Assembly: GCF_006345805.1 (NCBI RefSeq)
Contig: NC_043008.1
Coordinates: 41,106,001 to 41,170,000, forward strand
DNA length: 64,000 nucleotides
Reading direction: 5' to 3'
DNA from: Octopus sinensis
Lineage: Eukaryota
The notes below the pieces were generated by a model. It was not told the origin of the DNA. It ran no database searches and saw only the letters and a list, made by a program, of their open reading frames with translations. A program made the position numbers and the translations under genes. Below, in pieces: positions 12,722 through 26,764 of the stretch; positions within the stretch are counted from its first letter, which is position 1; the number at the start of each line of letters is the position of its first letter.

Positions 12722-12970
12722 AACGGCGGGATAAAATATCTGACAGGAAAAAATAAAAAGCTGGTTAAGAAATTTGATGACATACTAGCAGATCCAGAGA
12801 GAATGCTTGAATGACTCACGAAAATGAAAAGTATCCTAATTCCCAAACCCACTGAAACGGCAAACCCAGAAAATTACAGACCAATAACGTTTCACCATAC
12901 AATTTACAAAGCTTTTATGGCAATAATATCGCAGCGAATGAACAAGCATCCGGATGAAAACAACCCGCCC
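12722..12970 (+). mobile_element. Non-LTR retrotransposon RT N-terminal fragment (R4/Dong-like)
   Basis: Translation KYLTGKNKKLVKKFDDILADPERMLE*LTKMKSILIPKPTETANPENYRPITFHHTIYKAFMAIISQRM contains the LIPK...NYRPI signature. Confidence 0.85.
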
Positions 12971-13365
12971 TTTTTTTCCAAACCATAATGGGTGATTTGC
13001 AGCATATTAGAAGGTCAGTGTACTTGATTTAGCGCAAAAAATCCAAGTTTTTTTTTTCCTTAGGGAAAATCGTGCGGATATTAATATAGACATTTACCAT
13101 AATTTTGTTGTTATTTAGTCTCATATCAACCTTGTACAGAAAACCTACATTCAAAGACATTCCAGCCTTCAGTAAACCCTCTTTTTAGGGATGATCTAGG
13201 ATACTACGTACAATCGGCGTGTGATTTATGTGGGGGATATTTCGGCTGCTATTTTTAGCGTGTCGAGCGATCATGTAAAGGTTCTTTGATTGGTTCAATT
13301 CCGTGATGAGATTTGTTTACACACACACACACACACATACATACATACATACATACATAAATACA

Positions 13366-13414
<49 letters not shown>

Positions 13415-13883
13415 TTCTCTCCTTGTTTTTTTCTGTGTCTCTTTCTGTAGAAGACCGTAGACTCGAAACGTAAAAGACTTTTCCTATTCCTGAGCGTTAT
13501 ACTAATACATCTGTTTGTTTTGGACACCACCTGTGTTCGTATTTTGTTGGTTTTTTCAAACTCTTCCTATATATGTATATATATGATTGACACTTATCAA
13601 ACACGAATTTGGCCATTGTCACACTGTAACTTCTGATATTATTAATGTGTGCGTGTATATGTATATATTTATATATACATATATAATTAATAATATCAGG
13701 GTAGTAAAAACATTTTGAAATATTTACTACCAGTGGCCTAGCGTGTCAAAAATTGTCAGACTATATATTATTCATATAAATACAGCGTACATTTAAACAT
13801 ATAAGAGGTATCCTTCATAGGATTCCTTCTAGTGTGCAAGGAATCCTAAGACGGATACCATGTGATAAAGTAGACTGTATAGT

Positions 13884-13922
<39 letters not shown>

Positions 13923-14464
13923 TCGTTTTCTCAATGGATCCGGAAGCTGTTGTTTGCAAACAGCAGTAGTAATTTTCTTCAGCTGAATACACGTCATTAC
14001 CTAAATACGACAACTTTAACATGAACTTTTGTAGAAAGATTTTGTCGAAAACGTTAAGAATAAACCCTGTTCCATGTGACACATTCTACCAGTATCAGAT
14101 GTTTTAAAGTGTTTAGTTTTTAAAAATTAATTAAAATATCTGGCCGCCAAATTGAATAGATCCCAATTATTATTATAACAAAGCTGCAGTACACTTTTTG
14201 CAATGTTCAATGATTAACATTCATTATCTTTCTTTTAATGAAACACTGAAACTTCATAAAACGATTTGTTAATACTGAATTAGTATTACATATTGAGTAT
14301 AACAAGTATACAAATATTCATTTTGTAAGCACAATCTTAAATTCTCTCGATACTAGTGCACTTATATTTGAAACATGGGCAAGGTACACATAGAATATAA
14401 TATGAATATAATTTTTGATTGAGAATTAATATATTGGTTACAAATTTTCGCCACTGGTCAGAAT

Positions 14465-14645
14465 GTTCGCTATGGGGTAAGTGGACTGCGAGGACCCCAG
14501 TTCTCACTCGGTGCTGATTTTATCGACCCCAAACGGATGAAAGACAATTTGGCGCACGGCGAAACTTAAACGAAGAACATAAAGGAGGTAGAGATGACGC
14601 TAAGCATTTTGCTTGCCCTGCTAATGATTCTGCAAGTTCTCCGTT
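14465..14645 (-). mobile_element. tRNA-derived SINE (Nin/Deu-domain type), diverged
   Basis: Reverse complement of TTTATCGACCCC...GGATGAAAG..., same family as 32703-33095. Confidence 0.7.
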
Positions 14646-17511
14646 TTACATATGTGCATAAGACATTATTATTGGAGATCAATTCCTATTAATTGCACTC
14701 CGCATAATAACAACATCAGTACTCACATAGCTTTTGTGCCGAATATTTGTGTAATATATCAGAGCGGTCATATATGACATACATGTATTTTTCATTTAGG
14801 TGCAGTTGTGTGTTTCAATTCAATGTAATATATTTCAGGTTACATAGAGTGCTGATATATTTTGTCATTATACTAAAACCATTGTGTTCTGTATAATGAA
14901 TAGATATTCATAACAATAGAGACCTGGAACTAATACTATATATACATGGGGTAACAATTATTTCATGGAAACAGCAGATAGCAATTAATTAATTATGAGT
15001 GGTAGTCTTGCTTTTAAATATTGTGCAACTAAACAATGACATTATTTTTTAAGATAACTCAGCCTAAAACAAAGCTTAAATTATTTTTAAAGTTTCAAAT
15101 AGAATACAATATGAAAATACAAATATAAATACATAAATTATTGATCGTAATATCATATCAACTAATATTTTCATAACAGGGCTGGAACTTGCAAACTTTG
15201 ATTGAATATAAAAGAAACAGTACAATACATATGAACAAAAGAAGCTTGAATGATTCATAAAAAGATAGTACAGCATGACGATATCTAACTGATTCTGCAG
15301 AATAATGAAAAACGCTACGATAATAATTATAGCTAAAAGTCACATTCATTAGGCGAGTACTCCAGTAGTGTTTCTAGGTCAATAGTGGAGAGGTTTTTGT
15401 GGGCAAAAGCATTGAAATCACGGTGTAAAACTAGCAGGGGACAAAAGAAAGAAATGCTTTGTTTTATCGGTTCTCTGTTTATTGCACTTAAGGAACGAGT
15501 ATGTAACAAAAATGCAAACGTTTGCAACGGTGTTCGAATATATGTAAATCTTTTCAACTTAGTTCATGATTGCCCTCAAAAACATTTGCTTGATGAATAA
15601 GAATCATGCACAGTACCGATAAAGGATTAATTTCTGACCTTGAACAGGATCATATATTGCTCATTAAAAATTACCTCTCTATTGTACAGTTTGTCACGGA
15701 TAATTCTAGCACAATAATACACGCATGATAAAGAAGCTGAATTTTTGAGGTGTGCTTCCGTATATCTTATCACTTCTCCTTTCCTGACCTCCGTTTATAC
15801 CACGAATTTCTATCATAATATAATTTATGAATTCCCTGCAGTTTAATGATGTCAGCAATTCATGTGAGGAATTGTTTCTGTGTATATCACGTGATTTGTA
15901 ATGAATGACGTGAATGGAGCGAAATGATTTGCATATATTCGCAGCAAACCGATTTCCTGTTTTAATAAAAATGAAGGGGTGCATGAATGGAAAGTCAAAC
16001 CAGTCAAGGTCAAGCATTTTATAGGTAATTTGTCGATGTTTGAATGGTCGTTTTGTTGGTCACATTTTTCTGAGAAAATTCACACTAGTTTGAGTTGCAT
16101 AAAATATAAACGTTGAAACGGATTCATCTGTCCACGGACGATTGAAACTACTTTAGTGCCCCTGAATATGAATATTGACTTTGATTAGATCCCATTAAAT
16201 AGGCTGGCGATCTTTTGTTGAATATTACGTGTATGTATCTATGTATGCTATTATGTGTGTATGTATGTATGTATGCCATTATTCAGCTTTATTTCAATAT
16301 CACTTGTCCATAGATAAAGAGCCAATTTCTAACTGAGAGCCAGGGCTCCTTCATCAGAATTTCCTCATCAACAACTGGGTGTTTTTATATGTATATATGC
16401 GTGCAGATTTATATGTTTTGTTTTGTCTTGTCATGGAGATAGTTGCATATCTTCACACGCTCATATATACTTAAATGATAAATTTCTAGAAAGTTTTACT
16501 GATGTTTACAGCTCCACTGATGTCTTGGAACTGTTGTCTTCGAATCAGCTCTTTCCTTTCTGGTTTTGAGAATCCAAATTCCTCAATATGTATGTATTTA
16601 TGTATGTATGTAAGCATGTATGTGCATATTTATAAAGCGAGCGAGAGAAAGAGAGAGAGAGACGGGGAGAGAGAGATATATGAAGCGTATTCATAATGTC
16701 TCCGACTACTTCCGCCAACAGTAATGCTCCAAGATATTTTGTGCAGGTGATGGCGCCAGCTGCGCTTGCGGGAAAACTTTTGGTGTACATATGTATCTTT
16801 GCAATTATTTTAAACTGTCGTATGTCCAAACTTGGCCAAAAGCATTTTTTTCAGTATTTATATTTGATGAAAAAAGCGGCTTTTTGTCAAATTAATGTAT
16901 CTCCTGCTGCTTCAGATGCCAAGATATCAAAAATTATCACAAAAAAATAAGTGTAGTACAACGGATTTGGAATGGAATTTTTTTCGTTTTCTGAAAAAGC
17001 AGCGTTTTATACTTACGACATTTGTGCATAATAGCAATGATGTGTGTGTGTGTATGTGTGTGTGTGTGTGTGTATTCGAGTATGTGTACCCACATTGTGT
17101 CTAGACTGACTATTTTAGGAATATGTCTAGGAATATGTTTGCGTATGGACATGCATGACATTATTTCTCTCTAAACCATGTATTTATAACCAGTCGGTAT
17201 TTGAATGATGAATTTCAACAAACAATGGTCTGGATTCTCCTAAACAATAAACAGGAAACAAACCGAAATTACAAAAGAGAGACCAGAAGAATATGTTCTT
17301 TCAAAACAATTGGAAATTGTTATCCTACATCATGTCGCCTTTTATGTAACGAATGAATCAAGGTCAAAAGCAAATAACAATGGAAGATAGATAAACACAT
17401 ATAAACAGACATATAGATTATATATTATATTATATATATATATATATATACAGATATATACATATATATATAGACACACACACACATATATTATACATAC
17501 ACACACACACA

Positions 17512-17542
<31 letters not shown>

Positions 17543-17548
17543 GATATA

Positions 17549-17588
<40 letters not shown>

Positions 17589-17659
17589 TTATATAATTGA
17601 TTTTACATGAATGTGTATACATATATATCATAGATTCACCCGTCGATTTCAGTATATAA

Positions 17660-18290
17660 TTGTCTAACAGCATACTGTCTCTTGTTTTTAATTCTGGAGT
17701 CTATGTCTCTTATGTGACTTTAATCCTGCCAAAAAGAAATTCCACATATTGGACATGAGAAAGTATTGCTATTTATAGCATGTTAGTTCGAGAATTTGTC
17801 TTTACTTGGAGTTGTTTATGACAGTAAACAATTTGAAGTTCTTAATGGACTTTATAGCAGTTAGCCTCATCGTTGGAATTCTGTGCAGTTTTTTAAGTGT
17901 TTTTGGGGAATTCTTTTTTCATTTTTAGATTAATTTTAAGATTGTCTGCGTACCTTAGTCACTGTCTTAGTCACATCTCTTTCCATGGTGCAGCATTCTA
18001 TAAATTTATTACAATTAACTCCATCACATTTGCAGCAGAGAAGGCAGATGAATAGTTTCGGCCATTAAGGCCAACACGATTTTACAATGTGAGAAAACAA
18101 TGTAGAATCTAGAAGTTCAGGTAACAGCCAAGGTAAGTCAGTCGCATTGTCTTGAAACTCGATCAATGCTGTAGACATGAGTTTCTATTTCCAATATTTG
18201 TCATTATCATTATAGTAGCTCCCTATTAGCTCCATGGATACGAGATATTTAGACACATCCAAAACATACGCACATTACAATGATGGTCTC
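17660..18290 (-). mobile_element. Ancient RTE-clade LINE 3' fragment
   Basis: Minus-strand pieces CLNISYPW, KTMRLTYLG (cf. RRLRWLGH), WPKL, and a frameshifted C2H2 finger FSCPICG...AGLKSHKRH typical of RTE C-termini. Confidence 0.5.
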
Positions 18291-18619
18291 GGTAATTTAA
18301 AAGAATAAGAGGAAAATGAGATAAATGATATAACACTAGGCTGCCAGTGGCTTGTGTTTAGGAACGAAGAAAAAAGCAAAATATTTAAATATATATATAT
18401 ATATGATATATTAAAAATATATGATTTATTGAAATTATCTCCGCTTCCAGATACAGAAGAAACATATTAAACTAGAATTTTTTCCCACAATAGAAATAGA
18501 AGAGAAATTTAAAATAGAAATAACTATTTTTTTTTGTTTTCGTGAGGCAATTCAGGTTTCTGCTAAAATATAACTTAATAGAATGAAATTATCTCTCTTC
18601 ACGTAACGTAATTTGCTAC

Positions 18620-19290
18620 CATTTATCAACATGTGTTTGCTTCGTTTCATGGACTAAGGCACATACCCACCTCTTATTGATATTAGTTGCATTTAATTTT
18701 GGCGCTACCTGTTCTACAGACTTCATAAATATATATGTAGTTAATGAATGCCCTTTTTATATTCCTTCGATAAACTCACTTACTACTGTAGATGGCTGAT
18801 GTGTCGATTAATCCTTATAACAATTGGCACTCCTAGCAAAATAAAAAAAAATTAATATATAATTGTGTTCTGGTTTAATTGCATTTATCATTCATCAAAA
18901 ATATCCATCAGCAATATTTTTAAAATGATGTTCGTTTTCTCGTATACTAAGGGATAACTACATGAAAAATAGGAATATTGCAAGATATTAAAGTCGTAGA
19001 AAATATAATAAAAATGAATTGAATTTACCATCTCAAGATTTACTTGAAAATTTGGTTGGTGGAAGTTTGGTGTCAGGAAATAAATGTGATTTTCTCTATT
19101 CTTTTCTTGTTGTCTTACACTACAAATAGCTTCAAAATCTCCTCAGCGATATTTGAATCTCCTCGTACAAGAAGAATATTTCTTGGATGTTTATTCTACA
19201 TGCTTTTATTTGTATCTGATTAATTGATAATAGTAACTCAAATTCATTTAACATTGAATAATGTATGGACATCTGCTTGGATATATTAAT
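18620..19290 (-). pseudogene. Decayed ORF of unknown family, copy A (homologous to 24560-25180)
   Basis: Collinear peptide similarity to 24560-25180: RINIQ/RIHIQ, KY..GDFEAICSVRQQE/KYYLQEFRKLQSIWQQE, EHNYILIFF..LLG/EKKYSLNHFYIQLLG, ETKQTHV/NTKQSIV. Confidence 0.5.
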
Positions 19291-19297
19291 CTCCTTT

Positions 19298-19510
19298 ACG
19301 AGTGGATACTGAAAAGTTCTTAATTTGGATAAAAGGAAAAAATGAGGATTAGTTAATTATGATTTTATTCAACATATTCCTCCCTCAGATTAACACACGT
19401 ATTCCAACGGTCGTTCAATTTTTCTCAGCCCTGTAAAAAACTCGGAATTTTGGGCCTCAACCAGGCATTCAGCGTTACCCTTACGAGGGGGACATTGCAG
19501 CATCCCTATA
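19298..19510 (-). mobile_element. mariner transposon 3' end fragment
   Basis: TA|CGAGTGGATACTGAAAAGTTC TIR-like end. Minus translation FFTGLRKIERPLEY / KLNDRWNTCVNLREEYVE* matches the mariner C-terminus GI.KL..RW.KC....G.YVE. Confidence 0.75.
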
Positions 19511-19554
<44 letters not shown>

Positions 19555-20452
19555 ATACATATACATGTATATATTTATGACTGAAACAAGTAAAAGAGTA
19601 AAGAGTATATATATATAATATATGCATGTATAGGTAAGTATGTATATGTGTATAGCCGAGATCAGTGTCAAGTTCACGGACAACAGTTAAACAATTAAAC
19701 TTCAATTAAACATCAAAAGCTATTCATTACACATGAGGTCTAGAGCTATTGTAGACTGCCGGTGTAATGCCATGTGTCTACGATTCTGGGTGCACTATTG
19801 GTTGTAAACATCAATGTGGTGGTGGACATTTTAAAGATAAAATCTTAGAACTTGGAGCGAGAATAGTATGTGTATAACATAAAAACGCAGCAGGAAATTT
19901 AAACACAATCAGACACTTGATATACAGGTTAGCAAAAAAGTGAAAATAAGTAAAAGAGAAAACGTAAGAGAAGCAAGAGAAGTAAAATATAAAGGACATT
20001 CGTTCAAAGAGAAGTTAGATGACAAAAAGAAACCTTGTGAAAAAGACAGAGGGAGCTATATATAGAAGAGTAAGGACGAGTAACATTCAATGAAAAGGTA
20101 GCAAGGGTGAAGAGACAATGAAAAGAAAAAGCCTAATGATAATAATTTTTAATCGGAACACAATTGTGAAGAGAGGGGTATTATGAACGTCGATATAAAA
20201 GTTAGAATCTTGAGTGAGAGAAACGAAGAATACGAAGATAGGGAGCAAGAAGAAATAAATTTGGAGGGGATGAGGTGGCCACTTATAAAAGTGTTAGTGA
20301 GAGGTGAAAATGTGAATAAAAGAAAAAGAGAATTTATCGGAATTAGAATTATGATAAAATCAAGAATTTATGGACGCATTCACCGGAGAAACCAAATCTA
20401 GACAGAGAAGTGATAAAGCAGGCACCAATAAAGAGGAATATATATATATATA

Positions 20453-20524
<72 letters not shown>

Positions 20525-20799
20525 AGAGACATTTTTCTTTGAGTTTCATTTAAGTTCTACTTGAGAGAGTTCAAACCGGTTGCTGACGAGCCAATTTTGA
20601 ATATGGCGTTCGTGTATTCGTTGAACTGTCTGTCATTATGCATGTATATATATATATATATGTATATTTGTTCGCTTGCATTTATATATAGTGGGAATAA
20701 TGAACAAAGAACATACTTTTGAAGGATAATTGAAAGAACAGTAAGTATAGTAAATCTCACGCAGGAGCATATGCATAGACGCCCATACGTATATATTCA

Positions 20800-20915
20800 T
20801 ATAAACATACATACATACATACATACATATGTATATGTGTATATATATACATATATGTATATATATATATTATATATATATATATAATATATATATAATA
20901 TATATATATATATAC

Positions 20916-20971
<56 letters not shown>

Positions 20972-21221
20972 ATATATATATAATATATATATATATATGT
21001 ATAATATTATGGCTGTTGTTGGTTGCAGGAAAGATATATATTAACAATTTCACTCATGTGAATGCGTCTACCAAATTATTATTTGAGATGAGATTGAAAT
21101 AGTCATTTATAAGACCACCTGAAATTGTTCATATCATAAACGTATATATCTATGTATGTTTGAGTATGCATGTGTGTATATACATATATGTGCACGTATG
21201 TACGTATGCATATATATATAT

Positions 21222-21254
<33 letters not shown>

Positions 21255-21266
21255 TAGATACGTACG

Positions 21267-21298
<32 letters not shown>

Positions 21299-21318
21299 TA
21301 TATTTATATGTATATGTA

Positions 21319-21366
<48 letters not shown>

Positions 21367-21410
21367 TATATATAATATATATATGTATATATAATATGTA
21401 TATATAAGGA
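20800..21410. repeat. Long (TA)n/(CATA)n microsatellite field (similar tracts at ~9080-9335, 17410-17630, 21780-22135, 24170-24420, 28525-28580, 31320-31530, 34500-34825, 37180-37400)
   Basis: Directly visible; source of the YI-repeat ORFs. Confidence 0.95.
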
Positions 21411-21843
21411 TATTATTCAAAATTTATTAACTAAAAACGATATTTACTTTGGAACCACGTCTCCCAGAATCAATGATCGTACAGAAATGATTTTTTATCT
21501 CTAGAGAATAGAAGAGTGACATTTTCAAATGTTAAATATTGGAAAATACTTGTCGTCTGCTTTAGTACATTTATTCATGTTTTTGTCAAAGTTTTTTCTC
21601 TTTACTTTCTCTTGCAATGATAATAATAGTCGCTTTTAAAAATCGGATCCTTATAGTTGCTGATAAATTGAACAGGGAAATTCTTTTCCCCAAGTTCTAA
21701 ATAAAGATTATTATAAAGTGAGTACACTTTTCAAACAAAACAGCTATAGAGAAAACTCTACAATAAAATAAATGGATATATATATGGATGTATGTATGTG
21801 TATATGTGTGCATATATATATATACATATATATGAACACACAT

Positions 21844-21889
<46 letters not shown>

Positions 21890-23379
21890 CACACATATAC
21901 ATATATATATTATATATATTATATATATTATATATATATATGTGTGTGTAACACATATGTAGGTAGAAAGACAGACAGTTAGAAAGCTAGAAACATAGAC
22001 AGATCGATCGATTTGTAGACATAGGAACATGTACATGTGTGTGTGTGTGTGTGTGTGTGCAGGCCCACGTGTGTGTGTGAAGATATTTATATATTTATAT
22101 ATGTATGAATGTATATACATACATATATACATATATTACAAAGACAGAATTAAATAAAATATATTTATGTGAAGTCTCGAATGGCTTCCCACAAGAAAAA
22201 AAAAATTATTATAGATTTTGAAATTCTAAGACATGACATTAAGTTTCATAGCTGGAAATCTGAGCAAATATTCTTCGCAAAATTTAATATCACTGGCTTT
22301 GTAAGGAATTTGTCATTTTATTTTTTTCTCCATGTAAATATGTTTTTATATTCAAACCGTTTTCTGAAGAGCAAGGCCCAAATTTACTTTAAAAATGAAT
22401 CATTTTGGCATGAACATCAATCGTCCTATGTAGATTCCTTTTTCATATCTTAAATATTTATGTTTTAATCTCATTTTCTGTCCATGCTGGAGTAAACAAA
22501 ATACATTAAGCTTGCTACTTCACGAACCATTGCCCTAATATTTTTGTGATAACTGAAAAAAAAAAAAAAAGATTAGGGAAGCTAAATTGTATATTCGTAA
22601 TGAATCTCTGATACTCACGTATATACACAAGCACATATATACATACAAACAAATATACACACACACCTGTATACTTACGCTTCCGCAAAAGCATGAGGTA
22701 GAAAGCCTTGGTTTCGTTAAAGACGGATATCCTTCACGAAAGGATGAAACATAAATTTCGCCGAGGCATACTTACTCTTTCCTCTTTCCGAGGTCGATAA
22801 AGTGAGTACCAGGTGAAGCTCAGAGCGATCTCATCGACTTAGCTCCTCCCTAAAACTTTCTCATCTTGTGTCAAAGCTTGAAACGTTATTATTCGCCTCA
22901 GTTGGAAGCTAAATGTTTTTTAGTTTGTCTTTGTCACTTAATATTTATCATATTTTTATATTAGAGATAATTATTGCGACGTCCACACATACGCAGATTC
23001 CAAATTATATGACCTTTGGAAGTGACATATAAAAATTATATATAAGTTATCTGGAGACTATAGTGGTTTTTTTACAGATTATTTAACATTGAATTATATA
23101 TTTTCTATTCGTTTAAAAAACAATTAGCCTAAGTCTCACTGAGCCGCGTATAGTGGGTCCGATACAATGCACACAAAAGGTTGAATCTAAGTCAAACCTT
23201 TTGTAGATAAGTTCATATAAAACGTCCCCAATTTCATTACCCATAATTATACGAATATATGATACTAGGAACCTCTATGATAACCTTTCAGAAACATTCA
23301 TTCTTTTAAAATTCCAATAAAAAAAATACAGCATTAATAGCGGTAATAGAGGCCTAGCTTTCTGTAGGTTATGGCGCCG

Positions 23380-23530
23380 AGTGTTTCAGTTGTTTCGCTC
23401 AACCGAACAGCCTATACATCATATTAACATGAAAGTGGCTCAGCACTCCACAGACACGCATACGTTTAACGTAGTTCTCAGGGTTATTTCACTTAACACA
23501 GAATATGTCAAAGCTGGCCCTTTGAATTAC
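23380..23530 (-). mobile_element. SINE 3' half (family of 47619-48000)
   Basis: Reverse complement of ...GAGAACTACGTTAA...TGTCTGTGGAGTGCTGAGCCACTT... shared with 47870-47990. Confidence 0.8.
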
Positions 23531-24300
23531 AGGCTGTGATGTTCTTTTGTGGGTTAAAAAATTGCAGTAAAGTATGTGCCACCTAACAGCCATGTTGAAG
23601 TGGCTACGAATATTACTCAAATATATATATATATATGTATATATATAGAGAGAGAGAGGGAGAGATAGATAGATACATACATACACACATAGATACATAC
23701 ACAGGAACACAAATGGGGTTTAAAATTTGCTACAGCATTTTTAGCAGAATTTTCGTGATGTGTATATAGATTAAGCCATAATCTCCTGGTAAAAATTTAA
23801 ACAAAGGCAATGAGGTGCGATAAAACACTGATGCTGATGGATCCAACCAATGTAGGATTGTTACCCTGCATATACCTGTTTGAAATTTTAACTAACGATG
23901 CCCGATTATGTGCTAAAATGAAGCCTATGAATAAATCAAGGAAAATTTACCGAAGAAGCTGTAAATTTTATACATACGCCGAAACAAACCAGCCATGTGT
24001 AGGAACTACAGAACAAAATTCTATTGGTATCTAGATATCTACCATGTCCTTACCAACCCATATGAGCTTGTGGTTCTTTCGCCCAGTGCAAAACCTGAGG
24101 TATTGTTCCTAGCCACTTCTGTCTCGGTCCGTGTTGGTATGCCAAGATTGTAACGAATTCTATAACTAGGATATATATATTGTGTGTGTGTGTATACATA
24201 TATATAGACATATATATGTATATATATATATATACACACACATATGTGCATATATATATATATATAGACTTATATATGTATATATATATATACACGCATA

Positions 24301-24395
<95 letters not shown>

Positions 24396-24559
24396 TATAT
24401 ATATATATACACACACATACCGACCATAAGTGAATCTATTTCCTATACGCTGCTGTGTTTGTGTGTTGTATGTTGATATAATTGAATATGGTCATTATTA
24501 AAATAGTTCAATAATTCAATAATTAAATATTATTGAATATATGCAAGCTCTTCATTATG

Positions 24560-25610
24560 AACATCTCCGTAAACTTTACAATTGATTGCTTAGTATTATA
24601 GGATAAACACAAACTTATTCATTATCGAACACTGCTGTATTTTCCCGCTAATAACTCTGTTATATTAAGAATTCTCGTTCAGCACGTTTCGGACCATTAT
24701 TGACCCTGTTAGTTTATATATTTTCATTAAATCAAATGCGTTAACTGCATTAGAGCAGTTTAACTCTTATATCTTATTATATTATATTATATCATTCGTT
24801 ATGCACTGAGGTCCCTAACAGCTGAATATAGAAATGATTTAGACTATATTTCTTCTCAATGTTCTTTTTGTGGACTGGAAAAGTTTCCTTAGTTTAAATT
24901 TCACTAAATTTGGATCGCTTGAAAACGTTGTGTTAAGATGCATTCTCAGAAATATCAAATTCAATGTTATTTTCAATATCTATATATGTTAGTGCAATAG
25001 AAACTATAGTCAGGTTTCTAATAATGAGATACTTTGTACGTATTCCTGTTGCCAAATACTCTGAAGTTTACGAAATTCTTGTAAATAATATTTGACTCTA
25101 TTTGTCGTACCTGATGAATCATCTTGGATGTGTATTCTACTTACAAATCAACTTAAATCTGAGTGTTGTATTCATATCTGCCTAGATTCTCTAAGCTTAC
25201 ATTTCGGATACGTATATTCCTTTCGGAATACACACAAACCAAACACACTCATTAACCTTGTTGTTATTATATACATTTCAATAAAATATAGCATTTCATC
25301 AATTTCTTATTGATTATATTATACCCCAGTATTAGTATTGTGTATTATTTTTAACAAATAATGTTTTAAACCAATACATTATATCTCATATATTATCATA
25401 TTCAACATAAAGAGACATAAAATTTCATACATCTATTTAAATAGAATTCATTGTTAACTCCAGTTATCATTTGTTTATCTCCGCCACAAAGAGGGTATAA
25501 TAGAGGATTGTTTTGGTATAATGAATTAACTAATTATCACTTTATTATAGTTCTAAATATGGTGCTTTAATATCTATAAAGAAATCTAATGTTACTAGTT
25601 TTATAATTAT
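24560..25610 (-). pseudogene. Decayed ORF of unknown family, copy B
   Basis: Minus-strand NPLLYPLCGGDKQMITGVNNEFYL, and further on GLCVFRKEYTYPKCKLRESRQI*IQHSDLS*FVSRIHIQDDSSGTTNRVKYYLQEFRKLQSIWQQEY in one frame. Confidence 0.55.
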
Positions 25611-26394
25611 GTATGTGTGCGTTAATATATACATATATATACATATATTTTTTATATATGCTCATACATACTTCTTTATTCACATATAGATACATTTACG
25701 TATGTGCTTATTGACTAGAAATACATTTTTAATATATAAACATACTAGTATATGAGGTCATATATTCGATCTCACTCCCAATAATATGCATGCATATTGA
25801 GCTGGTAACCATGTGCGCACTTATACGTATCAAATACACTTACATATATATATACACCTATTTTACACAATACCATTCCTAATTACATTAAGCATTACAA
25901 TATGAAAAATAAATGTATTTCCTCAACATAATGTAAATTTGTATGCTACATAGCCCCAAATTCATAACATATTAGAGAAGATTTCTTCTTCAATTATAAA
26001 TATATATCAATATTAATTATTGTTATCCAATAAGATGGGTTATTTCTTTATTCATTAACTTTATGCTTATATAATTGCATATATTATTTTGCCCCAGAAA
26101 TATTAACGTTCATATACTTATAATACACTCAAACAATATAGATATTTTATATTATACTTTCTATATAGAAGTATATTTTATACTAATTATATAAACCCAT
26201 ATTCATAATTATTCACATACACTGATATAAATATGCACATATCTATAACCAATACGTTCCCATGAAAACGAGAACACACCCAAGTGCATATATATGTTTA
26301 TAGGTATATAATTCTATACATATTATGTATATTCCCATGTCTATACATACACATATACATATACTTTATCATATAAAATATACTTATAAAATAC

Positions 26395-26623
26395 TCAAAC
26401 ATTGTAGACGGAAGATCTAGCAAATTTCAAAGTTCGAGATATCTATAAATCACTATGCTTAGCACTTATAACCACAATAACAGCATGCCTCTTCATTTCT
26501 CGTGTAAGATGAACGTCTGACATTATTCTTTTCTGAACCAAAAGATTATACAAAGTTAAGAGAAATGCAGAAATGACCCAAATGACCAAAAGAATATACG
26601 TCCTCAAATGCCTTACGCACCCC

Positions 26624-26626
<3 letters not shown>
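26395..26626 (-). mobile_element. Tc1/mariner 5' fragment
   Basis: Minus strand begins TA|CGGGGTGCGTAAGGCATTTGAGG in a TA tract, then MKRHAVIVVISAKHSDL*ISRTLKFARSSVYNV (HTH-like transposase N-terminus). Confidence 0.6.
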
Positions 26627-26680
<54 letters not shown>

Positions 26681-26764
26681 TATTATATATATACTTATAA
26701 TATACCTATAATATATATGCATATATATACATATATACATATATACATATATACATATGTATAT

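Noticed and set aside
16700-17010. DNA-transposon-like GC-richer segment
   Set aside because: No matching second terminus or transposase motif found.
19830-20420. Purine-rich ORF 20183-20401
   Set aside because: Strand-biased low-complexity sequence, probably retroelement UTR; no domain recognised.
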